Origin: a virus
Taxonomy: Duplodnaviria; Caudoviricetes
IMG/VR virus record: IMGVR_UViG_3300045580_000043
Location: 1 to 42,070 of that record
Length of the DNA stretch: 42,070 bases
Direction: 5' to 3' (one strand)
Shown here: piece after piece, positions 27,239 to 35,949 of the stretch
Numbering within the stretch: the stretch's first letter is position 1
How the letters are laid out: each line of letters opens with the position of its first letter
Position numbers and translations under genes: made by a program
The notes under the pieces: model-generated
What the model saw: the letters and a program-made list of their open reading frames with translations, nothing else
What the model was told of the DNA's origin: nothing
Databases searched by the model: none

Positions 27239-28980
27239 CAGTGAGTCTCCGCCCAGTTCTTGCCGACCCTGTACTCGCCGTCCAGTGGGCACCTGAATCC
27301 GAAGTGCGCTCCCGCTTGCTGGATGGCCTTGACCATGATCCTACCGACTTCATCGGCATGTTGAGGGAAACACATCAACTGGTATTCGTCGTGGACCGCA
27401 GCCACCTGAGACACGGGAATCGACTTCCTGTCGTACTCCTCATGGGCGAGGATGCAAGCCTTCTTCATGATCACGGCACCAGCACTCTGGAGCAGCGTGT
27501 TCAGTGCAGCATGTGCGCTGCGGATCGGCAGGATGCGTCCGTCGATGCCCTTCAGATGGCCCTTGGTTGCCACGATGCGCTCGACATCGTCCTTGAGCTT
27601 CTGGAAGGCGGGAACAGCCGTGTAGAAGTTGGCACGGCTCTTCTTGCCCTTCTTCGCATCGCCGCCTAGGACAAGCCCGAGCTTGGTGTCGGCTGCGCCG
27701 TAGATCAGCGCGTAGATGCCGCCCTTGGCTTGGTTGCGGGCCGACTTGTGGCTGGGGTTGGCCTTGTCCTGCTGCTGCTGCGGGGCGAGACCGAAAGACT
27801 TGGCGTTCTCCCAGTGGATGTCGCAGGAGATGACCTTTCTGGCGTAATCGCCTCCATCGTACTTTCCGAGGAAGTGCGCGAGGCAGCGAAGCTCAAGGCC
27901 GCTAGCGTCAGCACCCACCAGAACCAAGCCATCGTTCGGGATGAAGAGGGATCGGTAGGCTGGATCCGTTGGGACCTGAGCCATGTTGGGTGCGCTGTGG
28001 GTGCAACGGCCAGTAACAGCACCATTGGTGTTGACCCTTCCATGAAGCCTTCCGTTCTTGTGGAGCTTGAGCCATGCGTTCTCCCCGTCAGCCAGCTGGC
28101 CCAGCCGCTTGATGCAGGTCAGGTACTTTGCGAGGAACTTCGCCTCGGGGTAGTCCAGTGAATCCAGCACGGCTTCATCGACGCGGGGACGCCCATCCGG
28201 AGTCATCTCCTCTGGTTGCCAGCCGTACTTCTCGATCAGCCGCTCCGCGATCTGGGTGCGTGAGCCGGGGTTGAACTCCTCGACCTTCGGCTTGAGCTTC
28301 TTCCCCGTCTTCTCGCTGACGCGCTCGATGACCTTGTCGGGGAAGATCAGGCGCATCTGCGACTCGATCTCGATCTTCTCCTTCAGGAGCGAGGAGTGGA
28401 GCTTCTCGGCTGCATGGACATCGAACCTGAAGCCAGTGCGCTCCTGCTTGCGGATGATCTCCGCGAACCTGTGCTCGATCTCCTCGGCGGCGGCAGGGAT
28501 GTTGTCCGCGATGTGATCGTACAGCTTCACCGTGACGCGGACATCCTGCTTGCAGTACTCCACCATCTCGGGGCTCCAAGAGTCGAAGCTGGGAGCCTCT
28601 CCCTTCAGGAGGCCAAGCCTGTGTCCCCAAGCCCTGAGGCTGTGGGATCCGATCAGCTCCTTCGGGAAGCCATCGTTGATCAGCTGGAACTCGTCGTTCC
28701 TCAGGTCGGGGAAGCACAGGCGGGACATCACAAGCGTGTCCTTGACCTGCGCCTTCGGGATGAACCCGATCAGCTTGCGGAGAGCGGGGATGTCGAAGGC
28801 CATGATGTTGTGGCCGATCAACACGTCCGCATCCCAAGCAAGCTTCTTGAACTCGTCTGGGGTGACCGACCTCGGCTCATCCCCATCGACGCTGACCACG
28901 ATGCAGTACAGCGTCTTCAGGTCGCTGAAGTTGATCCAGTCCTCCAGCGCGTTCGTCTCGATATCGAAGTGAAGCTTCAT
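27238..28980 (-). CDS. gp5: Family A DNA polymerase with 3'-5' exonuclease
   Basis: FDIET, GHNIMAFD, YCKQDV exo motifs; DASGLELR (A), RNQAKGGIYALIYG (B), VHDE (C). Confidence 0.97.
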   Translation of the reverse strand: MKLHFDIETNALEDWINFSDLKTLYCIVVSVDGDEPRSVTPDEFKKLAWDADVLIGHNIMAFDIPALRKLIGFIPKAQVKDTLVMSRLCFPDLRNDEFQLINDGFPKELIGSHSLRAWGHRLGLLKGEAPSFDSWSPEMVEYCKQDVRVTVKLYDHIADNIPAAAEEIEHRFAEIIRKQERTGFRFDVHAAEKLHSSLLKEKIEIESQMRLIFPDKVIERVSEKTGKKLKPKVEEFNPGSRTQIAERLIEKYGWQPEEMTPDGRPRVDEAVLDSLDYPEAKFLAKYLTCIKRLGQLADGENAWLKLHKNGRLHGRVNTNGAVTGRCTHSAPNMAQVPTDPAYRSLFIPNDGLVLVGADASGLELRCLAHFLGKYDGGDYARKVISCDIHWENAKSFGLAPQQQQDKANPSHKSARNQAKGGIYALIYGAADTKLGLVLGGDAKKGKKSRANFYTAVPAFQKLKDDVERIVATKGHLKGIDGRILPIRSAHAALNTLLQSAGAVIMKKACILAHEEYDRKSIPVSQVAAVHDEYQLMCFPQHADEVGRIMVKAIQQAGAHFGFRCPLDGEYRVGKNWAETH

Positions 28981-29159
28981 GTGTCCACCATGTCCTCTAG
29001 GCTTTCGCCTCTGTCCTGAAACCGTTCACGCAGCTTCCGCATGGCCACTAGGCCGATCTGCTTCACCGTGTTCGGATGCAGGTTGTCGTTCTCTCTGTGG
29101 TTGTAGATGACCGTCACTTCCTCCCAAGTCAGGAGGTAACGGTCTTGTTCAGTGCTCAC
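28977..29159 (-). CDS. Small sigma70 region-4-like HTH protein
   Basis: LTWEEV...PNTVKQIGLVAMRKLR resembles TLEEV...RERIRQIEAKALRKLR. Confidence 0.6.
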   Translation of the reverse strand: MSTEQDRYLLTWEEVTVIYNHRENDNLHPNTVKQIGLVAMRKLRERFQDRGESLEDMVDT

Positions 29160-29487
29160 GGGCCTCGTACTCCGCGATGCGAAGCAAGAGCTTTGCGTTC
29201 TCCCGCTTCAGGCGTCTGATCGTCGTTTCCTTGTCCTCGATGGGCTCCATGAGGATCGGAGTGTGCTCCCCATGCCAGCCTCCAAGGATGTTGAACTCGA
29301 AGAACTCGATGGCATCGGTCTCATCCATGCCTTCAGCCATCAGGTTGGCCCGGATGACCGCGTTGTCGTAGACGGCGAGTGCAAGCTGCCCGCACCGCTG
29401 ACCAACGCCGATGATCGCGTTGTCGTGTCCGTCGATGAACAGCGCACGGTCATCGTACTCGGCCACGAATGTCCTAGGGTCATGCAC
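29149..29487 (-). CDS. Conserved phage hypothetical protein
   Basis: DGHDNAIIG...AVYD...AIEFFEFNILGGWHGEHTPI; GTG start with AGGAG. Confidence 0.75.
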   Translation of the reverse strand: MHDPRTFVAEYDDRALFIDGHDNAIIGVGQRCGQLALAVYDNAVIRANLMAEGMDETDAIEFFEFNILGGWHGEHTPILMEPIEDKETTIRRLKRENAKLLLRIAEYEAREH

Positions 29488-29707
29488 GGAGGATGCTCCT
29501 GACCGCCTCAAGGCCGTTCATGAGATCCCTGAACGGAACCTCGATCTTCGTGATCTCCTTGCCGTCCGACACCAGATCGTGATGCTCGATCTTCAGCGTG
29601 ACGGTGTCACTGTGCTCCGACCAAGCCTCAAGGACAAGGCTGGTCCTGCTTGACTTGCGGATCTCCTCGCAAGTGATCCTCACATCGATTGTCGTTTCGC
29701 CTTCCAT
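29480..29707 (-). CDS. Hypothetical protein
   Basis: 75-aa ORF, GGTGGA upstream, in the tightly packed operon. Confidence 0.55.
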   Translation of the reverse strand: MEGETTIDVRITCEEIRKSSRTSLVLEAWSEHSDTVTLKIEHHDLVSDGKEITKIEVPFRDLMNGLEAVRSILRA

Positions 29708-29873
29708 TGGCTTCCACCTTTTCTGCGTGGATGGCCGAGAGGGTGATGCCCATCCTGACCACGTCCACGATGCTGTAGTGTGTTCCGAACAGGACGCTGA
29801 ACTTACCCGCTAGGTAGGTCAGGGCCGTGTGCGACTCCAAGTCGATCCTGACCGTCTTTGTCCGGCGTCTCAC
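29628..29873 (-). CDS. Putative ribbon-helix-helix DNA-binding protein
   Basis: TKTVRID strand, helix, then YSIVDVVRMGI; GTGA coupling and GAGGA RBS. Confidence 0.5.
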   Translation of the reverse strand: MRRRTKTVRIDLESHTALTYLAGKFSVLFGTHYSIVDVVRMGITLSAIHAEKVEANGRRNDNRCEDHLRGDPQVKQDQPCP

Positions 29874-30046
29874 TTGCTTTCCTCGGCCAGCTCCGTGAGC
29901 TTGCGCTCGTTCATCTTGATCTCGGTCCTGAGGGCCTTGATGTGGGCCTCAAGCTCGGAGATGCGCTTGCGGATGTTGGCCTCGGTCACATGGTTCTTGA
30001 TGGCGCTCTTCCACGGATGGTTCGCCTTCGGTTTCACAACGGTCAT
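29870..30046 (-). CDS. Small coiled-coil hypothetical protein
   Basis: ATGA-coupled to the helicase stop; KPKANHPWK plus heptad repeats. Confidence 0.65.
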   Translation of the reverse strand: MTVVKPKANHPWKSAIKNHVTEANIRKRISELEAHIKALRTEIKMNERKLTELAEESK

Positions 30047-31635
30047 TGAAAGTCCTCGTTCACTGGAAGTTCCTCGACCTCGGCCAAGCGACCACTGTCC
30101 CTGTACCACCGAAGTCCTCCTGCAAGTCCAGTCTCACCCGTGTATCGGTTCTTGAGAACGCGCAGCGTTAGGAGGTTCGCGTTCTCCTCGTCCTGCTGGT
30201 TGCGCTCAAGCCCGATCACGGCGTCTGCAAGCTGCGCGATGCTATGCGATCCGCGCAATTGTGCAAGGCTGGTCTGGGCTCCGTTCTCATGGCCACGGTC
30301 GCCGTCTGGGCGGCGGAGGTGGCTCACGACGAACAAGGCGATCTGCGTCTCCTCGACTAGGGATCGCAGAGATGTCATGGCGTTGTCGATGAGTCGGCGC
30401 TCGTCTCCGTCACCGAGTCCGGACACCACGATGCTGAGGTGGTCGAGGAAGACGTACTCGCAGCCCAGCGCCTTGGTCATGTATCGCACCCTCGCCAGCA
30501 GGTTCTCGGGATCGACCGAGCCGAAGTGGTCGAACATCACGACCTTCGCAACGGTGGCCTCGAAAGCCTCGCGCTTCTGCTGCTCGGAGATCCCCCGTTC
30601 CTCCCACCAGTACGGAGGGCAGTTGAGGTGGATGCCCATGAGGTTGCGCCCAGTGCGCTTCACCGACTCCTCAAGCATCAGCAGCCCGACCTTCTTGCCA
30701 GCGCGGATCAGGTGGCAGATGAGCTCACGGCACACGCTGCTCTTGCCGATGCCTGTGCCGGAAGTGAGCACGATCAGTTCTCCCCTGCGGATGCCGAGAA
30801 GCTTGTCGTTCACCTTGGTCCACGGGTACTCCACGCTCTCGGTGTTGTCCTCGGTGATGACCGCATCCCAGAGGTCGCTGCCCATGACAACGCCGTCAGG
30901 ACGGTACACCTTGGCCCCGTAGACGGCGTCCACGACCTTGGCTCCAGCCCCAGCCTGAAGAGCCTCGTTGGCATCCTTGAAGCCCTGTACGCGGCCAATG
31001 CGGGCCTTGCCGGGGGTAAGGAGAAGAGCGCACTCGCGGGCAGCCTTGCGTCCGGCGTCATCGTCATCGAACAGGATGTTGACGGTCTCGAACGTCTCAA
31101 GCCACTCAAGGCTCTTCTGGAAAGCCTTCACGGCTCCCGCAGCCCCTGTGGGAATGCTCACGACTGGCCACTTGTTGCCGAAGAGCTGGGACACGGTCAG
31201 GGCATCGATCTCGCCCTCGGTGACCGTGACCATCTTGCCTCCGTCGCGCCACAGGTGCTGGCCGTACAGGCCGACATCCTTGAAGTCCCCGAGCGTCACG
31301 AAGTCCTTGGAGGGGAAGCGCAGCTTCTGAGCCACGATTGTCCCGTCCTTGTAGTACTGGGCGACCTGAACGGACTGGCCGTTGAACTCTCCGACACCGT
31401 AGCCCCAGATGCGGCAGGTGTCCTCGCTGATCCCTCGCTTCTTCAGCGGGGAGAATGTGACATCGATCATGTTCGCCTTTCTCGGGGTCAGTCCAATTGT
31501 TGGACTGCCGTCGCCTCGTTCTCGGTAGTTGCATCCGAAGCACCAAGCGTGGCCGTCCGTGTACCGAGCAAGGTTGTCCCTGCTACCGCACTTCGGGCAC
31601 TCCTCGTGCCTTACGAATTCTGACTGGTTCGACAT
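30043..31635 (-). CDS. gp4: DNA primase-helicase
   Basis: CPKCGSRD...CFGC zinc finger, TEGEID and FDDDDAG TOPRIM, SGTGIGKS Walker A, LDHL, LRGS. Confidence 0.97.
   Translation of the reverse strand: MSNQSEFVRHEECPKCGSRDNLARYTDGHAWCFGCNYRERGDGSPTIGLTPRKANMIDVTFSPLKKRGISEDTCRIWGYGVGEFNGQSVQVAQYYKDGTIVAQKLRFPSKDFVTLGDFKDVGLYGQHLWRDGGKMVTVTEGEIDALTVSQLFGNKWPVVSIPTGAAGAVKAFQKSLEWLETFETVNILFDDDDAGRKAARECALLLTPGKARIGRVQGFKDANEALQAGAGAKVVDAVYGAKVYRPDGVVMGSDLWDAVITEDNTESVEYPWTKVNDKLLGIRRGELIVLTSGTGIGKSSVCRELICHLIRAGKKVGLLMLEESVKRTGRNLMGIHLNCPPYWWEERGISEQQKREAFEATVAKVVMFDHFGSVDPENLLARVRYMTKALGCEYVFLDHLSIVVSGLGDGDERRLIDNAMTSLRSLVEETQIALFVVSHLRRPDGDRGHENGAQTSLAQLRGSHSIAQLADAVIGLERNQQDEENANLLTLRVLKNRYTGETGLAGGLRWYRDSGRLAEVEELPVNEDFQ
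31491..31505. repeat. 15-bp palindrome copy GTCCAATTGTTGGAC inside gp4
   Basis: Exact copy encoding SPTIG, 20 nt before internal ATG 31470. Confidence 0.95.
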
Positions 31636-32002
31636 TGTGTTCCCTTATCCAGACTTCGATTCGCGGCTGTTCCGCGTACTTCTTCTGCGCCGTGATCTTG
31701 CAGATCTGCACATCGTCCCGCCAAGCCCACTCGTTCAGCACATCGAGAACACCCTTCTGGTAGTTGTCGATGTCGCCTATGGGATACGGGTTGCTTGGGT
31801 TCTTCGGTGTGCGGCAGAAGAAGATCAGCTCGACTTCAAGCGGACAAGACAAAGGGCAGCCCTTGGGTCGGCTCATCTCACCAAGGGCTGCCCACGCGAG
31901 TTTCCTGAAGTTGTCGTAACGCTTCTGGTAGTAGACCCTGCCGTTCCTCGCGACACGAGGGCGGGAGGCTGCGACGGGTTCTACCCAGAGCGTGAAGTGC
32001 AT
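31583..32002 (-). CDS. rusA: RusA-family Holliday junction resolvase
   Basis: PVAASRPRV, GDIDNYQKGVLDVLN...WRDDVQI; TGATG coupling to SSB. Confidence 0.88.
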   Translation of the reverse strand: MHFTLWVEPVAASRPRVARNGRVYYQKRYDNFRKLAWAALGEMSRPKGCPLSCPLEVELIFFCRTPKNPSNPYPIGDIDNYQKGVLDVLNEWAWRDDVQICKITAQKKYAEQPRIEVWIREHNVEPVRIRKARGVPEVR

Positions 32003-32598
32003 CAGAAGTCGTTGTCCGAGTCGTTGTCGCTGGACACCACGGTCTCCTGCTCCTTGACGAAGCCGTCCGTGGCCTTGAAGCCGAAGGCGTCGAAGTTGTC
32101 GCCAGCGATGTACTCGCGCAGCTCCAGCACCTGAACAGCGCGGAGGCGCAGGGAGATGCCGTGGCCGACCATGGCAGTGAAGTACGGGGCGCAGTCGAAG
32201 GCGACCTTGATGGTGCTGCCCGAACCGACATTCAGGTTCGAGACCGGGTTGCCCTTGGCGTCGAACAGCGCGGGCTTCTGGTCCCACTGCTTCTCGCCCG
32301 TGCCACCCTTGGCCTTGAGCTTGAACTTGAAGCGGATCTTGCCGTCCTCGGTCTGCTTCCACGGCATATCGGCCCGCTTGAGAGCCTTCTTGCCCTTCGC
32401 CTTGCACTCGTTGGCGTAGTCGGCCTCGGCGATCTTGGTCAGCTTCGCCACGAGGTCATCGGCGTCCTTGCCAGTCAGGTCGAGATCGACCGAGTACACG
32501 CCATCGGCGTTGAACTTCGTGTCGGGCTTCTCGATCTTGGGGTAGACGGCGATGCCAGCGGGGCTCGTGATGCGGACGATGTTCTGCTTGCCACTCAT
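32002..32598 (-). CDS. gp2.5: Single-stranded DNA-binding protein
   Basis: SPAGIAVYP...PDTKF...GSGSTIK...GISLRLRAVQVLEL; acidic tail ending in Phe. Confidence 0.93.
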   Translation of the reverse strand: MSGKQNIVRITSPAGIAVYPKIEKPDTKFNADGVYSVDLDLTGKDADDLVAKLTKIAEADYANECKAKGKKALKRADMPWKQTEDGKIRFKFKLKAKGGTGEKQWDQKPALFDAKGNPVSNLNVGSGSTIKVAFDCAPYFTAMVGHGISLRLRAVQVLELREYIAGDNFDAFGFKATDGFVKEQETVVSSDNDSDNDF

Positions 32599-32612
32599 TG
32601 TGTGTTCTCCTA

Positions 32613-32627
32613 GTCCAACAATTGGAC
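32613..32627. repeat. 15-bp palindrome copy
   Basis: Exact copy between the RNAP stop and the SSB RBS. Confidence 0.95.
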
Positions 32628-32633
32628 TGGTTC

Positions 32634-35030
32634 TCAGTTGAAGTAGTACTCACTACTCAACACCTCAGTCACATCCAGAGATCCGTACTCTGGAACTTCA
32701 GGCAATACTACCATAGAAGGCAGCATTGTCAATGCCTGTAGCCTGAACTCGGCCAGCAGGTCTCGGCTGAAGATGTCAACGGTCGCCTTGCGGACGCATT
32801 TGGCGACGATTGGGGCGTCTGCCGCTAGGCAAAGGAGCTGGTCGTGGACCTCTCCGAAGTCCTGCACTCCGTTGTCAAGAGCGAGGTTGGCGGTGTGGCC
32901 GAGAAGACCACCGATGCCGTCGAAGCTGTGGACGATGTTGGGAGCCCCGCCGTTGGTGGCCTTGCGCTTCGACTGCTTGCCGTTCTCCTCGCGGATCGTC
33001 AGCACACGCGCCTTGGCACCGACACGGGTGGAGACCATGACCGAGTCGTAGTTCTCGTAGCGCATCCTGACCGGGAGACCAAGTGGAGTCATCCATCGTG
33101 GAGTGATGTCGTGGTCTATGAGGATGCCCATGACATCGCGGATGAACTTCATGCCGCGTGTGGCCGAGCCAACGACATCGTCCATCGAGTTCCAGATGAT
33201 CTTCCCTAGGAAAGCGGCTGGCTTGTAGACCTCAAGTCCGAACGGGTTGCCCTTGTGCCTGATCTTCTCGTCCAGCCACTCGCGGGTGTAGTTGATGCAG
33301 GAATGCTGGGTCAATCCGTAGGGCAGCGTCATGGTCTGCCTCTTGGTCGTGCTCCGGTCGATCCCTAGGGAGAGCAGTCCCTTGGCGTAGGGAGAGTCGC
33401 TGACAAGCAGCTTGGCGATGACGCGGTCGGCCACTGCCTTGTACGGATCGGCTGGGGACTTGCCCGGAGTGACGTTGGTCGCGGCGGCGGCGATTGGATC
33501 ACGCAGCAGCATCGAGTAGATCTGCAATCCCTGAGTGGTCGCGTCCATGCCGATTGGCAGACGGGAGTTGTACCCGAAGCCCTTGGCCCAGAAGTTGGAG
33601 AGCTCCTTACAGGCCGCGTAGAACGCGAACGGATCGTCTGCCTTCATCCAGTCGCCGTGGCCGTATGGATCGGTTCCACTGCACTTGATGAGATCTGTAT
33701 TCGATTCGATCCAATGCAGACGCTCTTCCTTCGACTTCTTGTCTAGACCCCACTTGTTCGCGGTGTGGAGCATCAGCGCCTGAAGCTGGGCTTCGGTCTT
33801 GATCTGCTTTCCACGGGCGAAGCGGAGCAGGGACTTGGCGACACTCGTCCCCTGTGGATTGAGGTAGAGGGGCAGGTAGTAGCCGCGTCCTCGGAAGTCG
33901 AGCTGCATCGGGAACCAGATGCGCTCGTAGGTCTTCATCTTGTCCGCGACCATCAGGGTCTTCAGCAGCTGGAGCCTCTGGCTCTCCAGAGACTCGTTGT
34001 GGAAGTAGACCTTGGCTGCCGCCTTTCGCCACTGTCGGCGGGACTCGATGTTGGTCTCGATGTCATCAGGCTTGGCCGGGACGATCTCGTCAAGCGCACT
34101 GGGGAGACCGTCGATCTTGGCGGATTCCTTCCAGCAGTGCCTGATTAGGTCATAGACCTCCTGATCCACCTGCCACGGCGTGGACTGGATCATGTTGGTG
34201 GCGCTGTAGACCTTGGAGAGATCGCAGCCAGAAAGCTCGGTCTGGTACGCCTTGTTCCTCGACTTGATTAGGGGTCGGGGTTTCCAGTCCAGCTGGCGGT
34301 ATCCACCGATCCAAGGATTGGACCATGGGAGAGGACGCTCCGCCGTGGGCAGGAAGAACGGAGTGAGTTCCTCATGGTACTCATGGCACTTCCTGACCCA
34401 TTCGCTGATTTCGCGGCTGGGGGCTATCGCGCAATACCGCCGACCACGGGCATTCAACTTGGTCAGGATCTGGATGATGCCCGTCCGTGTCGCCATCATG
34501 TCCGTGAGCAGCACACCAATGGCCAGTGCGTCTGCCTTGGCCCACCGCTGGGTGACGAGATCGACGGCCTTGGCGGCATCGCGGATGAACCTGCGCTTGA
34601 GTCCCGCTCCAACGGACTTGAAGGAGACCTGCTGCATCCTGCGGAAGAAGGCAGGAGACTCCTCGGCCAGTTTCTCCAGCAGGATCTCGTCCTCGATTGT
34701 GCGCCCCACGGCGATGCACAGGGAGGTCATCATTCGCTCCGTGCTCAAGCCGTCTATGACGGCCTTACAGGCGATCACGGCGATCTTCTCCGCTGGGAGC
34801 ATCTCCATGAACGGAAGGCAGCGGTGGTGCTTGCCGGGGCTCTTGCGGGCCTTCAGGACCCAGTCGTAGATGCCCTTGGTCATCTCCTCGGTGCACTTGT
34901 TCAGCAACTGCCGACCGGGGATGGTGTTGGACTCGGAGGTGATCTCCGTGGCCTTCTGCTTCCGTGAGCGGTAGCGGGCCTTGCCCAGTTCACGCATCTC
35001 GTTGTGGAGGTGGTCCTGCTTGGATTCCAT
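32634..35030 (-). CDS. gp1: Single-subunit T7-like RNA polymerase
   Basis: DFRGRGY, LNPQG, MDATTQGLQ (A), RSTTKRQTMTLPYG (B), PNIVHSFD, VHD (C). Confidence 0.96.
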   Translation of the reverse strand: MESKQDHLHNEMRELGKARYRSRKQKATEITSESNTIPGRQLLNKCTEEMTKGIYDWVLKARKSPGKHHRCLPFMEMLPAEKIAVIACKAVIDGLSTERMMTSLCIAVGRTIEDEILLEKLAEESPAFFRRMQQVSFKSVGAGLKRRFIRDAAKAVDLVTQRWAKADALAIGVLLTDMMATRTGIIQILTKLNARGRRYCAIAPSREISEWVRKCHEYHEELTPFFLPTAERPLPWSNPWIGGYRQLDWKPRPLIKSRNKAYQTELSGCDLSKVYSATNMIQSTPWQVDQEVYDLIRHCWKESAKIDGLPSALDEIVPAKPDDIETNIESRRQWRKAAAKVYFHNESLESQRLQLLKTLMVADKMKTYERIWFPMQLDFRGRGYYLPLYLNPQGTSVAKSLLRFARGKQIKTEAQLQALMLHTANKWGLDKKSKEERLHWIESNTDLIKCSGTDPYGHGDWMKADDPFAFYAACKELSNFWAKGFGYNSRLPIGMDATTQGLQIYSMLLRDPIAAAATNVTPGKSPADPYKAVADRVIAKLLVSDSPYAKGLLSLGIDRSTTKRQTMTLPYGLTQHSCINYTREWLDEKIRHKGNPFGLEVYKPAAFLGKIIWNSMDDVVGSATRGMKFIRDVMGILIDHDITPRWMTPLGLPVRMRYENYDSVMVSTRVGAKARVLTIREENGKQSKRKATNGGAPNIVHSFDGIGGLLGHTANLALDNGVQDFGEVHDQLLCLAADAPIVAKCVRKATVDIFSRDLLAEFRLQALTMLPSMVVLPEVPEYGSLDVTEVLSSEYYFN

Positions 35031-35036
35031 GGAGGG

Positions 35037-35063
35037 ATTCTAATGCCTGTCCAACAATTGGAC
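35037..35063 (-). promoter_or_regulatory. Putative leaderless RNAP promoter: TAGAAT -10 with the palindrome (35049-35063) over the spacer/-35 region
   Basis: TAGAAT-CCCTCC-ATG, no SD; exact palindrome copy 6 nt upstream of the -10. Confidence 0.6.
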
Positions 35064-35064
35064 C

Positions 35065-35105
35065 AAAAGAAAACCCCCGTGAACCGCTGGTGCGGCCCAC
35101 GGGGG
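35065..35105 (-). terminator. Intrinsic terminator upstream of RNAP
   Basis: CCCCCGTGGGCCGC-ACCA-GCGGTTCACGGGGG then TTTTCTTTT. Confidence 0.85.
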
Positions 35106-35135
35106 CGAGGAAAAGAGAACGGGGTGGAGTCTAGC

Positions 35136-35173
35136 AAGAAAAGAAGGCGATGGCCTCAAGGACCACCGCCTTC
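35136..35173 (-). terminator. Intrinsic terminator after the DUF932 gene
   Basis: GAAGGCGGTGGTC-CTTGA-GGCCATCGCCTTC then TTTTCTT. Confidence 0.8.
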
Positions 35174-35197
35174 CGAGGGGGAAAAGATGCGGGAACC

Positions 35198-35926
35198 TTA
35201 CGCCGCGACGAAGGTCTCGTCAAGCAGCTTGTCGAAGGCGATCACGCGGCGGGCGAAGTCGCCAGCCTCCATGCCCTTGGCGGTGTGCGTGTAGGCGTTG
35301 TGGATGTTCCACAGGGTGTTCTCCTTGACGCCGTAGTCGAACGAGGGCTTGTGGATCTCGTTGGCATACGCCACGGCCTTGCTCTCGGGCAGGAGACCCC
35401 TGCGGGCCACCTCCATGGCGAAGGCGTCGATCATGCGGCGGTCATCCACGACGATCTCACGGAGCGTGTCGTTGCGCCGCTGGGCCTCCAAGATGGTGTC
35501 GCCGAAGACATCGACCGACTCGGCGATCAGGCTGGGGATGCGGTCCCACACATTGAGGGTGTGACGGGTCTTCAACTTGTGGTCGGCGATGATCGCACCG
35601 TTGGAGCACACGAAGACGCGGGCACCGAACAGCAGGGTGACGCTGCGGCTCATGTCGTAGGAGTTCATCACCCCGACCATCCAGTCGAGAGCCTTGTCCT
35701 GCGGGAGACCGCCGCCGCTGACGGAGAACATCGACACGAAGCGGGGCTTCTTGCGGTGGATCTGGTGCGTGGGCTTGTCGATGTCGAACCCCTGCGAGGT
35801 GAACGCCGACATGACGTTGTGCATCAAGTGGCGGTGCGGCACGGGGGTGTACGAGGCGGTCGGGGACGGAACGGGGATGTTGTCGATGGCTGCGCTGCTG
35901 ACGTATGCGGTGTTGAGAGAGATCAT
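35198..35926 (-). CDS. DUF932-family protein
   Basis: YTPVPH, NSYDMSRS...GARVFVCSNG, TLWNIHNAYT. Confidence 0.85.
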   Translation of the reverse strand: MISLNTAYVSSAAIDNIPVPSPTASYTPVPHRHLMHNVMSAFTSQGFDIDKPTHQIHRKKPRFVSMFSVSGGGLPQDKALDWMVGVMNSYDMSRSVTLLFGARVFVCSNGAIIADHKLKTRHTLNVWDRIPSLIAESVDVFGDTILEAQRRNDTLREIVVDDRRMIDAFAMEVARRGLLPESKAVAYANEIHKPSFDYGVKENTLWNIHNAYTHTAKGMEAGDFARRVIAFDKLLDETFVAA

Positions 35927-35949
35927 GTGTCTGTTTCCTCTGAAGTTGT

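Noticed and set aside
32613-32627. Palindrome as the phage RNAP promoter
   Set aside because: T7-type promoters are asymmetric, co-oriented and concentrated before late genes; this motif is symmetric, in both orientations and absent from the late region
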